From: Patescibacteria group bacterium | Lineage (GTDB): Bacteria; Patescibacteriota; Microgenomatia; CAYGWK01 | Assembly: GCA_049322615.1 (NCBI GenBank) | Contig: JBMORX010000009.1 | Coordinates: 57,120 to 121,119 of the forward strand | Direction of reading: 5' to 3' | Length of the DNA: 64,000 nt | Part shown: positions 26,639 through 36,445 of the stretch, one piece after another | Layout: the number at the start of each line of letters is the position of its first letter | How positions within the stretch are numbered: position 1 is the stretch's first letter | Translations under genes and position numbers: made by a program | The notes under the pieces: generated by a model | What the model was told of the DNA's origin: nothing | Databases searched by the model: none | Seen by the model: only the letters and a program-made list of their open reading frames with translations

Positions 26639-27443
26639 TTTTAATCTCCCTAATTATCTCTTTTAAGAAGGAAACTGCCTCTTTCAAGTATTGATTTTCT
26701 TCTTCAAAGGCTTTTTGGGCTTTATTCCAGGATTCTTGCTTGCTTGTGTCAGTTGGTTTTAAGCCAGAAAGTAAATCTTGCCCCTCTTTCTCTTTTTCCT
26801 CGCTCCTTTTTATTTTTTCTTTAGCCTGGATTAGCCAACGCTCCAGGATAGTTGTATCTTCGCCGGTTTCTTTTATTTGATTAATTTTGTCTTGCGTTTT
26901 CGAGATTTGTTCATTGATTTTTTCTCGTAATGAATTTTCTTTTCCTAGCAAAACCTGCCCTAATGTTTGATAGGCTAAGATTTCAATGCTAGGATAGCGA
27001 TTTTCTGCTTCTTGAGAAATTTTGACTAAATCTTCAAGAGTTCCGGCTGAAGGAAGACTGTTTTTATGAGTGGCAAGCCAGGAAACTTCGTTATCAAGTT
27101 TAAGATAATATATATTTTGTTGATAATTTAAAATCCCAGTTGTTTCTTTAAGTTTCATTCGGAGGGCAGTCAGGTAAGTTTTTAGAGTTTCGGCGCGGTT
27201 AAGGAGCATATTTTTTGTTTTCTCCAAAGCCTTTGTTTGAGCGGTTAAAGTTTTATAAGTGAGGTATTCGCTTTTGGCGGAAATATATTCAAGATGAGCA
27301 GAACGATAGAGATTGTAATTATAGGTATAGTCCTGAAAGGCGCGGTTAAAGTCGAAATCTTGAGCATATGTAGCAATGTAGGAATTTAGCAATATAGCAA
27401 TTGAGAAGAGAGTGACTCCAAAAATGGGCAGAGAACGCTTCAT
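26631..27443 (-). CDS. secreted coiled-coil protein (hypothetical)
   Basis: signal peptide, then K/E-rich helical sequence. Confidence 0.45.
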   Translation of the reverse strand: MKRSLPIFGVTLFSIAILLNSYIATYAQDFDFNRAFQDYTYNYNLYRSAHLEYISAKSEYLTYKTLTAQTKALEKTKNMLLNRAETLKTYLTALRMKLKETTGILNYQQNIYYLKLDNEVSWLATHKNSLPSAGTLEDLVKISQEAENRYPSIEILAYQTLGQVLLGKENSLREKINEQISKTQDKINQIKETGEDTTILERWLIQAKEKIKRSEEKEKEGQDLLSGLKPTDTSKQESWNKAQKAFEEENQYLKEAVSFLKEIIREIKSE

Positions 27444-27484
27444 ATTTTTAAGTTTAGCAGATTAAATTTCCAGTTCAAGTCCAT

Positions 27485-28006
27485 TTGTTGTATGATTTAA
27501 GTCTATTCAAAACAAGGAGGAAATTGCAAGAAGGAGACTATAAAGAGAGACGAGAAGGCTCTCCTGAGAGATTTCTTGAGACATTTTCAAGCCTTTCTGG
27601 AATGATGCCAGAGGCGGTGGTAGTCTCCAGAAATTTTGAGATCCCTAGAGAAGCCAAACAGGGACAGGTAGTTGGAGCAATTATCGTTGGGTCTTGCACA
27701 AATCCTTTAAGTCAACCCAAGGATTTAGATGTAATGATTGTCCTGGATGAGAGTCCAAACCCCAAGGCTTCAAGTCTTATTGAAGATTTAAAGCAACGTT
27801 TTGATGAGATGGTTAGTTCTTTGACAGGACGTTTAGAGATGGGAAGATTTGATTTTTTGGGGTTCGTTTTCGGTGATTTACCAAAACTTCACTCTGCTCA
27901 AATTCGGACATTGAGGGAGACAGAAAAACCATTGATCTATGCCTATGATAGAGAGGGTGTTCAAAAGATATCAGCTTTAATAAAGGCAGTTAAAGGGTCT
28001 TCTTAG
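27485..28006 (+). CDS. hypothetical protein (possible minimal nucleotidyltransferase fold)
   Basis: GS..D.D-like segment GSCTNPLSQPKDLDVMIV; weak. Confidence 0.35.
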   Translation: MLYDLSLFKTRRKLQEGDYKERREGSPERFLETFSSLSGMMPEAVVVSRNFEIPREAKQGQVVGAIIVGSCTNPLSQPKDLDVMIVLDESPNPKASSLIEDLKQRFDEMVSSLTGRLEMGRFDFLGFVFGDLPKLHSAQIRTLRETEKPLIYAYDREGVQKISALIKAVKGSS

Positions 28007-28767
28007 AGATTAAGTTCTAATCCGTCGTAAGCAATGTGGAAGCTTTTGCCGCCTTTTTCCTGAACAAATTTCTCTAGATCCTGGTGTTTTCCGGTTTTAT
28101 GACCAATATGGGTAAAGTAAACTTGTCGTGCTTTCAGTTTTTTGCCAAGAACCAATCCCTCAATAATACTTTCGTGAATTCTGGTTTGTCCGGCTTTTCC
28201 TAAAGAGGAGCCATCCAAAATTAAAAGATGGACATCTCTGCAAGTTTTTTCTTGGGATTTAGGGAGCGACCTTATATCTGGAAGATAGCAAACGAGTTTA
28301 TCCCCTTTCATCTTAAGTCCCCAAGTTGGAAAATGGTCATGTTCAATGGGAATAAAGGTAAATTTAACTTTGTCTATTTCAAAAACTTCAGGCGGACGAA
28401 TGGTCTCAGGTAAAAATGGGTCAAGGGGGTATTTGTGAATCTGCCGTAGTCCAACCAACGTTTCTTGAGTGGCATAAAGTTTAAGCTCTGGTTGGTGATT
28501 GTAAAGATGAGTTAGGTCGTAAAATCCCAAGATATGGTCAGGGTGGGCATGGGTAAGAATTAGAGCCTTTAGATTTGTAATTTGTAATTTGTAATTTGTA
28601 ATTTGGGAGTAGATATCTGGTCCGGCGTCGATTAAAACAGTGTCATTAACCAAAATTACTGGCCTGGTTCTTCTATCTTTGGGGTCTTTGGAAGTACAAA
28701 TTTCACAAGTACAGCCAATCCGTGGTAGCGGCCAGCCAGCAGAAGTTCCCAAGAAAAGAATTTTCAT
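28003..28767 (-). CDS. MBL-fold metallo-hydrolase
   Basis: THAHPDH motif; contains an in-frame ATTTGTA x4 repeat (28573-28600). Confidence 0.8.
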   Translation of the reverse strand: MKILFLGTSAGWPLPRIGCTCEICTSKDPKDRRTRPVILVNDTVLIDAGPDIYSQITNYKLQITNLKALILTHAHPDHILGFYDLTHLYNHQPELKLYATQETLVGLRQIHKYPLDPFLPETIRPPEVFEIDKVKFTFIPIEHDHFPTWGLKMKGDKLVCYLPDIRSLPKSQEKTCRDVHLLILDGSSLGKAGQTRIHESIIEGLVLGKKLKARQVYFTHIGHKTGKHQDLEKFVQEKGGKSFHIAYDGLELNL

Positions 28768-30038
28768 ACAAAGATTTCCCTTAAGAGTTCAGGTTCGTAT
28801 TTTTTGACAATTTTCTCTGTTATTCCGTTCGCCAAAATTATCTCTTTATACATTTTAGCACTTTTACGAGGAGTGCGTTTTAAAGTCTCATAATTGGTTT
28901 GGCAAAGACCAAACCTCATCGACAAACCTTGCGCCCATTCGAAATTATCCATTAAGGTCCAATGAAGATAACTTCGGACATCTGCTCCTTCTTGAATTGC
29001 CCGATGAACCCATCTTAGGCAGCGAAGAATAAAAGATGGACGAAGATGATCGTCGCGATCAGCTACCCCATTTTCCATGATATAAATTGGCAATTTGTAT
29101 TTTTTGAGGTCCAAAAGAACTTTATAAATTCCTTTGGGGTAAATTACCCAGCCAAAATCGGACTTTTCTGCCCCTTCCTGGGCTAAATCGAAAAAGAAAG
29201 TATTAAAAGAAGTTGAGTTGAATCGCAATTTAGTGTAATGATAATAATCCAGACCAATAAAATCTAGATAATTTTTCGCTTGATGCAAAAACCAATGATT
29301 TTGAAGATAATCAGCGATTTTGGTGGCTAAAATTTCTGGCAAAAACCAGCCTCTTGCCGGTTCAAATAAATTTTGGAGCGTTGTAAAACTCACTTTAGCC
29401 TTGGGTTTAATTTTATGAATTTCTTGATAAGCCAAGCGGTGGGCTTTCATTAAATTTTTAGCCACTTTTACAGCTGGAAAAACATTATGCTTTTCTGGAG
29501 GGAAATACCCTCGAATAAAACCTCCTTCAGCCACTACCTGAGGCTCGTTTATTGTTAGCCAAAAATCAACCAAATCAGAAAAATTTTGAACACAAAACTT
29601 AACATAGCGAGCGAAAATTTCTGGACTTTTTGGATTTTCCCAACCACCGATTTTGGCAAACCATAAAGGATTGGTGAAATGATGAAGGGTTACAAATGAG
29701 GTTAGTTTGTGTTTTTTTAATGAAAGTAATACCTGGCGGTAATGTTCAGTTTCTTGTTCGTCCCAGACATGAGGTTGGGGCTGGATCCTTGACCACTCTA
29801 AAGAAAGCCGGTGGGCATTATGTCCTAATTTTTGGGCAAGGCTAAAATCTTTTTCAAATAAATGATAGTGGTCGCAAGCAATTTTAGCTGAGGAGCCGTC
29901 TTTAATCTTTCCTTTTTGTTCAAATTCCCACCAATCATTGTTAAAATTTCCTCCCTCAACTTGATGGCTGGCAGTTGAGGCACCCCACAAAAATCCTTTC
30001 GGGAAAAGAAGTACTTTATTTATCTTCCTAATTTCCAT
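28764..30038 (-). CDS. glycoside hydrolase family 1 beta-glucosidase
   Basis: TLHHFTNPLWF, LTINEP and IMENG catalytic blocks. Confidence 0.85.
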   Translation of the reverse strand: MEIRKINKVLLFPKGFLWGASTASHQVEGGNFNNDWWEFEQKGKIKDGSSAKIACDHYHLFEKDFSLAQKLGHNAHRLSLEWSRIQPQPHVWDEQETEHYRQVLLSLKKHKLTSFVTLHHFTNPLWFAKIGGWENPKSPEIFARYVKFCVQNFSDLVDFWLTINEPQVVAEGGFIRGYFPPEKHNVFPAVKVAKNLMKAHRLAYQEIHKIKPKAKVSFTTLQNLFEPARGWFLPEILATKIADYLQNHWFLHQAKNYLDFIGLDYYHYTKLRFNSTSFNTFFFDLAQEGAEKSDFGWVIYPKGIYKVLLDLKKYKLPIYIMENGVADRDDHLRPSFILRCLRWVHRAIQEGADVRSYLHWTLMDNFEWAQGLSMRFGLCQTNYETLKRTPRKSAKMYKEIILANGITEKIVKKYEPELLREIFV

Positions 30039-30418
30039 TTTGGTTGAATTTCTGAATTGAACGGCTTTCGACGGGCTTTATCAGCCGGGGCGCCAAATTT
30101 TTCTCCAGCCCTAACGGTCCAGTAGTTTTGACGAGGTTCAGGTTTGACACCGCGATAGCAAACAAAATTCTCCAACGCTTCAAAACCAGTATAACCGTGG
30201 ATTCTAATCGCTTTGCCTCCCTCTTCGGCTCTGGTGGCGACGATTTGGCTTTGAGAGTAGCTAAAGCGTTTTCTTTCTGGCCACACTGGGGTACCTTGAG
30301 GAAAATAAACGATTTTCTTTCCCCTCTCAATGATCTCTTCTAGTTTTGTTTTAGGTTCCGGAGGAGGCTCAAACCCCTCAAGTGGTTTTTGGAGAGCTTC
30401 TTGAGAAGACTCAGTCAT
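30020..30418 (-). CDS. hypothetical protein
   Basis: ORF track. Confidence 0.4.
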   Translation of the reverse strand: MTESSQEALQKPLEGFEPPPEPKTKLEEIIERGKKIVYFPQGTPVWPERKRFSYSQSQIVATRAEEGGKAIRIHGYTGFEALENFVCYRGVKPEPRQNYWTVRAGEKFGAPADKARRKPFNSEIQPKWKLGR

Positions 30419-30541
30419 CTTAAGATAATTGTAACCAAAAGGTCAGCGCTTGACAACTTTATTCGTATCTTAGGGCATCAATGGGATTAAGTCTTGAGGA
30501 ATTATTTCAAAAGCCTGGAGGATTTAAAAAGAAATGGTCAG

Positions 30542-30628
30542 TGCCAGAGGGGAGATTCGAACTCCCATCCCGATTTAATCGGGACACGGTCCTAAGCCGT
30601 GCCTGTCTACCAGTTCCAGCACTCTGGC
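30542..30628 (-). tRNA. tRNA-Leu(TAG), type II, no CCA
   Basis: manual fold: acceptor GCCAGAG/CTCTGGC, anticodon loop CTTAGGA, long variable arm, T loop TTCGAAT. Confidence 0.85.
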
Positions 30629-30648
30629 ATACAGGTTATTATATCATT

Positions 30649-31170
30649 TTAGAGGTCGAGAGTGAAACTGGAAGTCATTTCAATTTTAGCCATAAAAGAG
30701 CTTACCTTGCCTGGCCAAAAAGGCGAAGGAGGAGCATAAATTCGACCAATTTGAGAAACGGAGACTGCTCCCCGATCAAGATATCTGGTTCGCAGTTGTG
30801 AGGTGACATACCAAATAGAATCTTCCCAAGAGGAAAATCTAAAATCTCCGTTATTCCAGCCATAGGCGTTATATGAGCCAAAGGGAATTTGTTTACCAAA
30901 AGTTGACTCAACTCCGGTTATCGCTGGAACAAGTTTCCAATCAACCCCATAGCTATCGGCGGCAGCGACAAACTCTTGAGCATAAGGAGCAAGGGGAGAA
31001 TTATATTTCCCAAGGAAGTTTCTTAAGATTTCTCCACGATTATCTTGATTTATAGATGAGTTTTTAAGCACAGCCGAAGCCCCGATTGAATCGGGGTGCC
31101 CAAAAACTGGAGTTGCCATAAGCGAATAAATGGCAACAGCCAAAATTAAAATAGTGAAAATTTTTCTCAT
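30649..31170 (-). CDS. secreted lysozyme-like / peptidoglycan hydrolase-like protein, paralog of 32735..33439
   Basis: signal peptide; shared blocks KYNSPL.PYA, VESTFGK / CESNVCKK, YNAYGW / YNCWGF and KYAPPS with 32735..33439. Confidence 0.5.
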   Translation of the reverse strand: MRKIFTILILAVAIYSLMATPVFGHPDSIGASAVLKNSSINQDNRGEILRNFLGKYNSPLAPYAQEFVAAADSYGVDWKLVPAITGVESTFGKQIPFGSYNAYGWNNGDFRFSSWEDSIWYVTSQLRTRYLDRGAVSVSQIGRIYAPPSPFWPGKVSSFMAKIEMTSSFTLDL

Positions 31171-31293
31171 AAAAAAATCCTAAAGTATGCCCTGTCCGAG
31201 CATACCTCAGGATCTATGAGGAGTATAACACAAAACTTATAGCATGTCAAGTATTGGTGAATAAATTATAATTCTGATATACTGGTTTTAAAT

Positions 31294-31482
31294 ATGTCTA
31301 GCATAAAGTTAATAATTAAAAAAGCCCAAAAGTTTTATTTTGAAGAGTGGAGAGGACACGAGAAAATATGTCCTGCTTTTGGCGAAAAAGTTTATGTAAC
31401 TAAAATAGGATGGCGTCATATTGCCAAACATCCCAGGCGTAAATTGGTGGACAAAATTATTCGTCTAAAAAACTTCCTTTAG
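31294..31482 (+). pseudogene. small gene apparently disrupted by a -1 frameshift: the ORF continues in another frame to ~31735
   Basis: a second open frame (AKEILETSTTYQTIQRKGPYYLYGFQAIKG...) starts overlapping the stop codon. Confidence 0.35.
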
Positions 31483-31963
31483 CAAAAGAAATCCTTGAGA
31501 CATCAACTACGTATCAAACCATTCAAAGAAAAGGACCATATTATCTTTATGGATTTCAGGCTATCAAGGGAGACACAAGAATCAAAGTTGTTGTTTTGTC
31601 TAAAGGTGAAGGGAGCAAGAAAATACTTTATTCAGTAATGTTTCAAAATATCAAACGCCAAGAACAACGTAAGATTGAACGACATAATGCAAGACTAATT
31701 GCTGAATTCAGAAAAAATATCCGAGAAGAAAGTTAAGATATAAAAAGTAGGCTGTCTCCGCTTTCTAACCGTTTTTCGGTGTTTAGCGCATGGACCTCAA
31801 GGGTCTCAGCCTACTATATCGAATCTTACTCTACTCTACTCATTTTGTCAAGTCCCAAATGCAGTTTAATATTAAACCCCTGGCGCCCTTCGGCTAGCGA
31901 AATCAATTAATACCGAATTGCAGGTTCAAAACGATCCGGTATCGTTAGGTGCCTGCAATCTGG

Positions 31964-32719
31964 TCAAGTTTTTTGGCAGAGGACAAAAATTGAGGGACCA
32001 AAAAAAGGTGAGAAGTGGGAAGAAAGAAGTGAGAAGTATTTCTCAAGAAATAGGAGGATTGGCAGAGGAATAATTTTTTTGACTAGAGGGTGGCGGAAGT
32101 TTGAGACTGAAAGAGAAGAGGAAACCTTAAAACCTGCTTTTTCCAACTCTCGATAAATAAATTGAGGATGATGGTTGAGAAAGGGAATGGTTGAAGCGGC
32201 GATGGATTCGAGTGAGCGCTGGTCTGAAGGTTCTAGATTTGAAGTGAAGCCAAAATCACCTCTTATCCAGGCACGAAGACGAGCCCGGAAATGAATTTTG
32301 TTAGCAAATTCCAAGATTAAAAAACCATTTGGTTTTAGGACCCTGGAAGCCTCAAGGAACACTTTTTGGGGGTTTTGAAGGTGATGGACCACCCGAATCA
32401 TTAAAGCAACATCAAAACTGCCATCTTGCCCTGGAAGCCTCTCCCCTCTCCCCTTTCTAAATTCAATATTTTTAAACTTTTTTAGATTTTTTTGAGCAAT
32501 GTTTAATAATTTTTCTGAAGGATCAACTAAAAGAGAGTGTTTAAAAACTGGAGCATAAACTTCGGCAAGCCTGCCAAATCCCCCACCAATGTCTATTAAA
32601 CTGTCCTTTTTGGGAATTTTTAAAAAAAATTTCTTTAAGGCAATTTTTTCTGCCTCATCCTCATACTCTCTTCCCTGCCAAAACTTGGGGTAGTTGTAAA
32701 AATCGTATGGTACAGCCAC
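31964..32719 (-). CDS. class I SAM-dependent methyltransferase
   Basis: motif I LIDIGGGFGRLAE; GAGAAGT/GGGAAGT heptamer stretch in frame near the C-terminus (32005-32040). Confidence 0.8.
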   Translation of the reverse strand: MAVPYDFYNYPKFWQGREYEDEAEKIALKKFFLKIPKKDSLIDIGGGFGRLAEVYAPVFKHSLLVDPSEKLLNIAQKNLKKFKNIEFRKGRGERLPGQDGSFDVALMIRVVHHLQNPQKVFLEASRVLKPNGFLILEFANKIHFRARLRAWIRGDFGFTSNLEPSDQRSLESIAASTIPFLNHHPQFIYRELEKAGFKVSSSLSVSNFRHPLVKKIIPLPILLFLEKYFSLLSSHFSPFFGPSIFVLCQKT

Positions 32720-32734
32720 AGAAGTATTATACCA

Positions 32735-33439
32735 CTAGCGGAGTTCTTGGAGGAATTGGTCAACACAGCGAGCCCACGGTCCACCTTTTTCCACCGAAGG
32801 CGGAGCATATTTTGGCATAATCTGTTCCGGCGTTAGCAAACCCTTATCATAATAGTCTTCTTTTAGGGTTTGGGCTACCCTTTCAATTGCATGTTCCCAA
32901 GAGTAAAATTTCGTCTCGCCGTTCTCAAATCCCCAGCAGTTATACGAACCTTCAGGGATTTTTTTGCAAACATTCGATTCGCATTGGGCAATAGCGACAA
33001 TTAAACCGTAATCTAAACCATATTTTTCTGAAACCGCAAAAATAAAATCAGCGTAAGGAAGAAGGGGCGAATTATATTTCTGCAAATATTTTCTTATTAA
33101 AACTGGTCTGGCATCGGCGGTTGAAATTGCTTGACTGATTGAACCAATCGCCGGAGGAACGCTTAAATAAAGCTCAAGAGGAGTTTTTGAACCCAAAACG
33201 GCGCCTGTTTCGTAAGAGACAAGGGTTGAGAGGTTTTTTGTTTGCCCAATTTGCCAAAGACCAAAGAGGGAAATGGACAAAGTTAAAGGAGCAAAAATTA
33301 AAAAAAGGGCAGTTAAAAATATTTTTCTCATTAAGCAGATCCCGCTCAGCGGGACAGGCTGGTTAAAACGCTTACCTGTAATAAGCAAAGCTTGTTGCTT
33401 CGCAATAACAATACTGACAAAAAAGAAAGGCTTTGTCAA
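32735..33439 (-). CDS. secreted lysozyme-like / peptidoglycan hydrolase-like protein, paralog of 30649..31170
   Basis: see 30649..31170. Confidence 0.5.
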   Translation of the reverse strand: MTKPFFFVSIVIAKQQALLITGKRFNQPVPLSGICLMRKIFLTALFLIFAPLTLSISLFGLWQIGQTKNLSTLVSYETGAVLGSKTPLELYLSVPPAIGSISQAISTADARPVLIRKYLQKYNSPLLPYADFIFAVSEKYGLDYGLIVAIAQCESNVCKKIPEGSYNCWGFENGETKFYSWEHAIERVAQTLKEDYYDKGLLTPEQIMPKYAPPSVEKGGPWARCVDQFLQELR

Positions 33440-33471
33440 GTAAGGTGCTTTTTGGTATAATTAAGATGCTC

Positions 33472-33497
33472 GCGTCCATAGCTCAATTGGATAGAGC
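33472..33497 (+). pseudogene. tRNA 5' fragment (acceptor plus complete D arm)
   Basis: GCGTCCA-TA-GCTC-AATTGGAT-AGAGC, then 4 nt, then the next tRNA. Confidence 0.5.
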
Positions 33498-33501
33498 CGA
33501 A

Positions 33502-33573
33502 GCCTCTGTAGCTTAACGGATAAAGCCCTGGTCTTCGGAACCAGTAATGGGGGTTCGATTCCCTCCAGAGGCA
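33502..33573 (+). tRNA. tRNA-Arg(TCG), no CCA
   Basis: acceptor GCCTCTG/CAGAGGC, anticodon loop CTTCGGA, T loop TTCGATT. Confidence 0.85.
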
Positions 33574-33605
33574 CTAGAAAATTTCTAAAAGAAATTTCAA
33601 GCGCA

Positions 33606-33878
33606 ATGCACCAAAAATATTATTTATATATTTTAAGAAGTAAGCTTGATAAAAATTTATATATTGGTGTCACTACAAACTTATATAAAAGAGTTCAAGA
33701 ACATAATTTTGGTAATCAGCAATCAACTAAAAATAGAGGAAATTTTGAATTGATTTATTATGAAGTATTTTTCAATAAATTAGATGTTTATTTGCGAGAA
33801 AAATATTTTAAAACTGGTTGGGGAAGAAAACATTTAAGACATGCCTTATCTAATACGCTAAGTACACTAAGAACATAG
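33606..33878 (+). CDS. GIY-YIG domain protein (small URI-type nuclease)
   Basis: YYLYILRS...NLYIGVTTNLYKRVQEHN; flanked by the near-palindromes CTAGAAAATTTCT (33578) and AAAAATTTCTAG (33912). Confidence 0.8.
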   Translation: MHQKYYLYILRSKLDKNLYIGVTTNLYKRVQEHNFGNQQSTKNRGNFELIYYEVFFNKLDVYLREKYFKTGWGRKHLRHALSNTLSTLRT

Positions 33879-33921
33879 AGTATAGGGCAGTGTCCTTGAA
33901 TTTTTCAAAGAAAAATTTCTA

Positions 33922-33994
33922 GGGCCACTAGCTCAACTGGTAGAGCAGCTCCCTCTTAAGGAGTAGGTTCGGAGTTCGAGTCTCCGGTGGCTCA
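33922..33994 (+). tRNA. tRNA-Lys(CTT), no CCA
   Basis: acceptor GGGCCAC/GTGGCTC, anticodon loop CTCTTAA, T loop TTCGAGT. Confidence 0.85.
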
Positions 33995-35292
33995 CCGATA
34001 CCAAAAACCAAGGATTCTTTGAAGCAAGCGGTTGAAAAATGAGGTTTTTTGATTAATTAATTTCCAGGTTTCAAAAACTTTAATCTTGCCTTCGGGTAGC
34101 CCTTCCCAAGAAAAATCAAAGTCTCCAGCAATGCTTGATGTTTCCAAAGTGTAATCAAATGTCCACGTTTCTCCTGGTTTAACTAGAACTCCTTCTGGCA
34201 GTTTCAAATCCGATAATTGCAAACCAGAGGTTTGAGATTTTAGTTTAAATTCTTTTTCTCCCCAAATAGACTGTCCAGTATTTTTTAAAGTAATTTTTCC
34301 CTGATATTGAAAATTTGTCGGTAAAAATGGAAGAAAGAAAAACTCAACAATTTCGTATCTTTCTTCCTGGGCTGGTTCACCTCTGACCTTGCTTAAATTT
34401 TTCACTGCCTCAAACTGCGGATAGGGATTCCCCTCTTTATCAAGCCAAGAAAAGTTTTCAAAAGGAGGAAAAGGATAATTTAAAATAAACGGAGTAACCG
34501 CTACCACCTTTTCATCTTTTAACCAAACATTTTCAAACGCTTGTTTGATAAATTGAGCTGTTACCTCTTTGTTATAAAATTTTTCATTTTTAATTTTTAA
34601 TTTTTCATTTTTGTACGGCCAGCCGGTTTCCGTGATAAAAACCGGTAGATTGAGTTTTAAAACCGAAAGCTCCCATTCATAACCTCTAATCGTGGCTCTT
34701 CCCTTTTGCCAGGGCTTACCGACAAAACCATGATTTGGATAAGAGTGAGAGACCCAACCATCAAGCCGCAAGAATATGCCTGGAACCTCAAAATTTACTT
34801 CTCTAAGAAATTTTGCCTCGTCCATAGTTGAATTTGAATTAGGGGCGGCTTGGTCGAAACCAGCGTTGAGGAGAAAAAAGTCTTCACTTTTTTGCTTAAA
34901 AATGGTAATGGCATTGTCTAAAATCTTGGCGTATTCTTTAGGATTTCTCTCGCTTCCCCATTCTTTGTCATGGTTTGGTTCATTAAAGACAATGAGGTAG
35001 CGATTCTTGACTGGCCAATTAAGACCGTCTAAAAAATTCGCCATTTGGATAATTGTCTCCTCCGTTGGTTTTTTCCAGACCCCTTTTCTTGGTTTCGGTC
35101 ATCTTCTTGAATAACCACGGTTACATATCCCCAATCACCGCTACTTGAATTTACCAGCTCTGCGGCCAGAGGAAGATCTTCTGCTTGAGTGATATGAATA
35201 CCAAATTTGTTGTTTGGGGAAGCCCAGGCTGGTTGAGCAAACCTGGAAAATGATAAAATTAGAAGAATAGTTAATAATTTTTTCATTCGCAA
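33992..35292 (-). pseudogene. secreted glycoside-hydrolase-like protein (GH5-like NEP motif) split into two ORFs by a frameshift at a homopolymer run
   Basis: signal peptide in ORF 35029..35292; VFNEPNH in ORF 33992..35044; frames differ by 1 nt around the A/T run at 35063-35068. Confidence 0.5.
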
Positions 35293-35302
35293 GGATTATA
35301 CC

Positions 35303-36430
35303 ATGGATGATCTCGAAGAAAAAATTCTCCAAATTGAAAAAGAAATTCGGGAGACGCCATATCATAAAGGAACCGAACATCATCTTGGCAGGCTTAAAGC
35401 CAGGCTGGCTCGCCTTAAAGATGAACTTTTAGAAAAATCGGTTAAAAGCGCCTCTGGGGCGGGTTTTGCCATTAAAAAATCAGGAGACGCCACTTGTGTT
35501 TTGGTTGGCTTTCCTTCGGTTGGTAAATCAACCCTTTTAAATTCCCTAACTTCAGCCCACTCCCGAATTGCTCCCTACTCTTTTACGACCTTAACCGTCA
35601 TTCCGGGGATGATGGACTACAAAGGAGCCAAAATTCAAATTTTAGATGTTCCGGGACTTCTTGGCGGGGCTGCCCAAGGCAAAGGACATGGAAAAAAGGT
35701 TTTGGCGGTCTCAAGAACTGCAGACTTACTCCTTCTAATGATTGATTCTCGAGAGCCAGAGCAGCTGCAAGTTATTAAAAAAGAGCTTGGAGAAGCTGGA
35801 GTAAGAATCAATCAAAACCCACCCAACATTAAAATTTCCAAAACCCAGAGAGGGGGGATAAAAGTGAAACTTGGAGTGGCGGGAATTAGGCTTTCCCTTT
35901 CCCAGATTAAAGAAATTTGTCAGGAATTTCGTTTGGTTAATGCCGAGATAACGATTGAAGATGATATAAAAGTTGAAGATTTAATAGATAGCATTTTGGG
36001 AAATCGAGTTTATCTGCCGACTTTGGTGGTCGCCTCAAAAATTGACATTTTGTCTTTAAGAGAACTGGAAAAGTTGCAAAAAACTGATTTGAGCCTGGTC
36101 TCGGCCGAGAAAAAAATTGGACTTGAGGATTTAAAAGAAAAAATCTGGCAAAAACTTTCTTTGATTCGGGTTTACTTAAAATCCGGTAGCAACGTAGATT
36201 TTGAAAAACCCCTGATTTTGAAAGAAGGACAAACAGTTAAAGAGGCAATTGAGAAAATTCATGGTGAGCTTGGCGAATCCGTAAAAGAAGCAAAAGTTTG
36301 GGGTAAATCTGCTAAATTTGAAGGTCAATCCGTTGGTCTTTCCCACAAACTCGCGGATGAGGATATTTTATCTTTTAAGAAAAGTATAGCAGATAATCTT
36401 TCTCCAAAATTGCCAGAAAAACTTCTTTAG
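35303..36430 (+). CDS. DRG-family (Obg/HflX-like) GTPase with a C-terminal TGS domain
   Basis: G1 [13 protein letters not shown]3 DVPGL; N-terminal [16 protein letters not shown] matches the DRG N-helix; C-terminal TGS-like block. Confidence 0.75.
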   Translation: MDDLEEKILQIEKEIRETPYHKGTEHHLGRLKARLARLKDELLEKSVKSASGAGFAIKKSGDATCVLVGFPSVGKSTLLNSLTSAHSRIAPYSFTTLTVIPGMMDYKGAKIQILDVPGLLGGAAQGKGHGKKVLAVSRTADLLLLMIDSREPEQLQVIKKELGEAGVRINQNPPNIKISKTQRGGIKVKLGVAGIRLSLSQIKEICQEFRLVNAEITIEDDIKVEDLIDSILGNRVYLPTLVVASKIDILSLRELEKLQKTDLSLVSAEKKIGLEDLKEKIWQKLSLIRVYLKSGSNVDFEKPLILKEGQTVKEAIEKIHGELGESVKEAKVWGKSAKFEGQSVGLSHKLADEDILSFKKSIADNLSPKLPEKLL

Positions 36431-36445
36431 GATAAAATCAAGAAA

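Noticed and set aside
28573-28600. Short tandem repeats (heptamer runs and REP pairs) considered as CRISPR arrays
   Set aside because: The units are 7-15 nt with no unique spacers of uniform length, and they lie inside ORFs or as isolated pairs. No cas genes are present in the window.
30481-30801. 106-aa plus-strand ORF spanning tRNA-Leu(TAG)
   Set aside because: It overlaps a tRNA on the opposite strand and the start of a signal-peptide gene; it is likely spurious.
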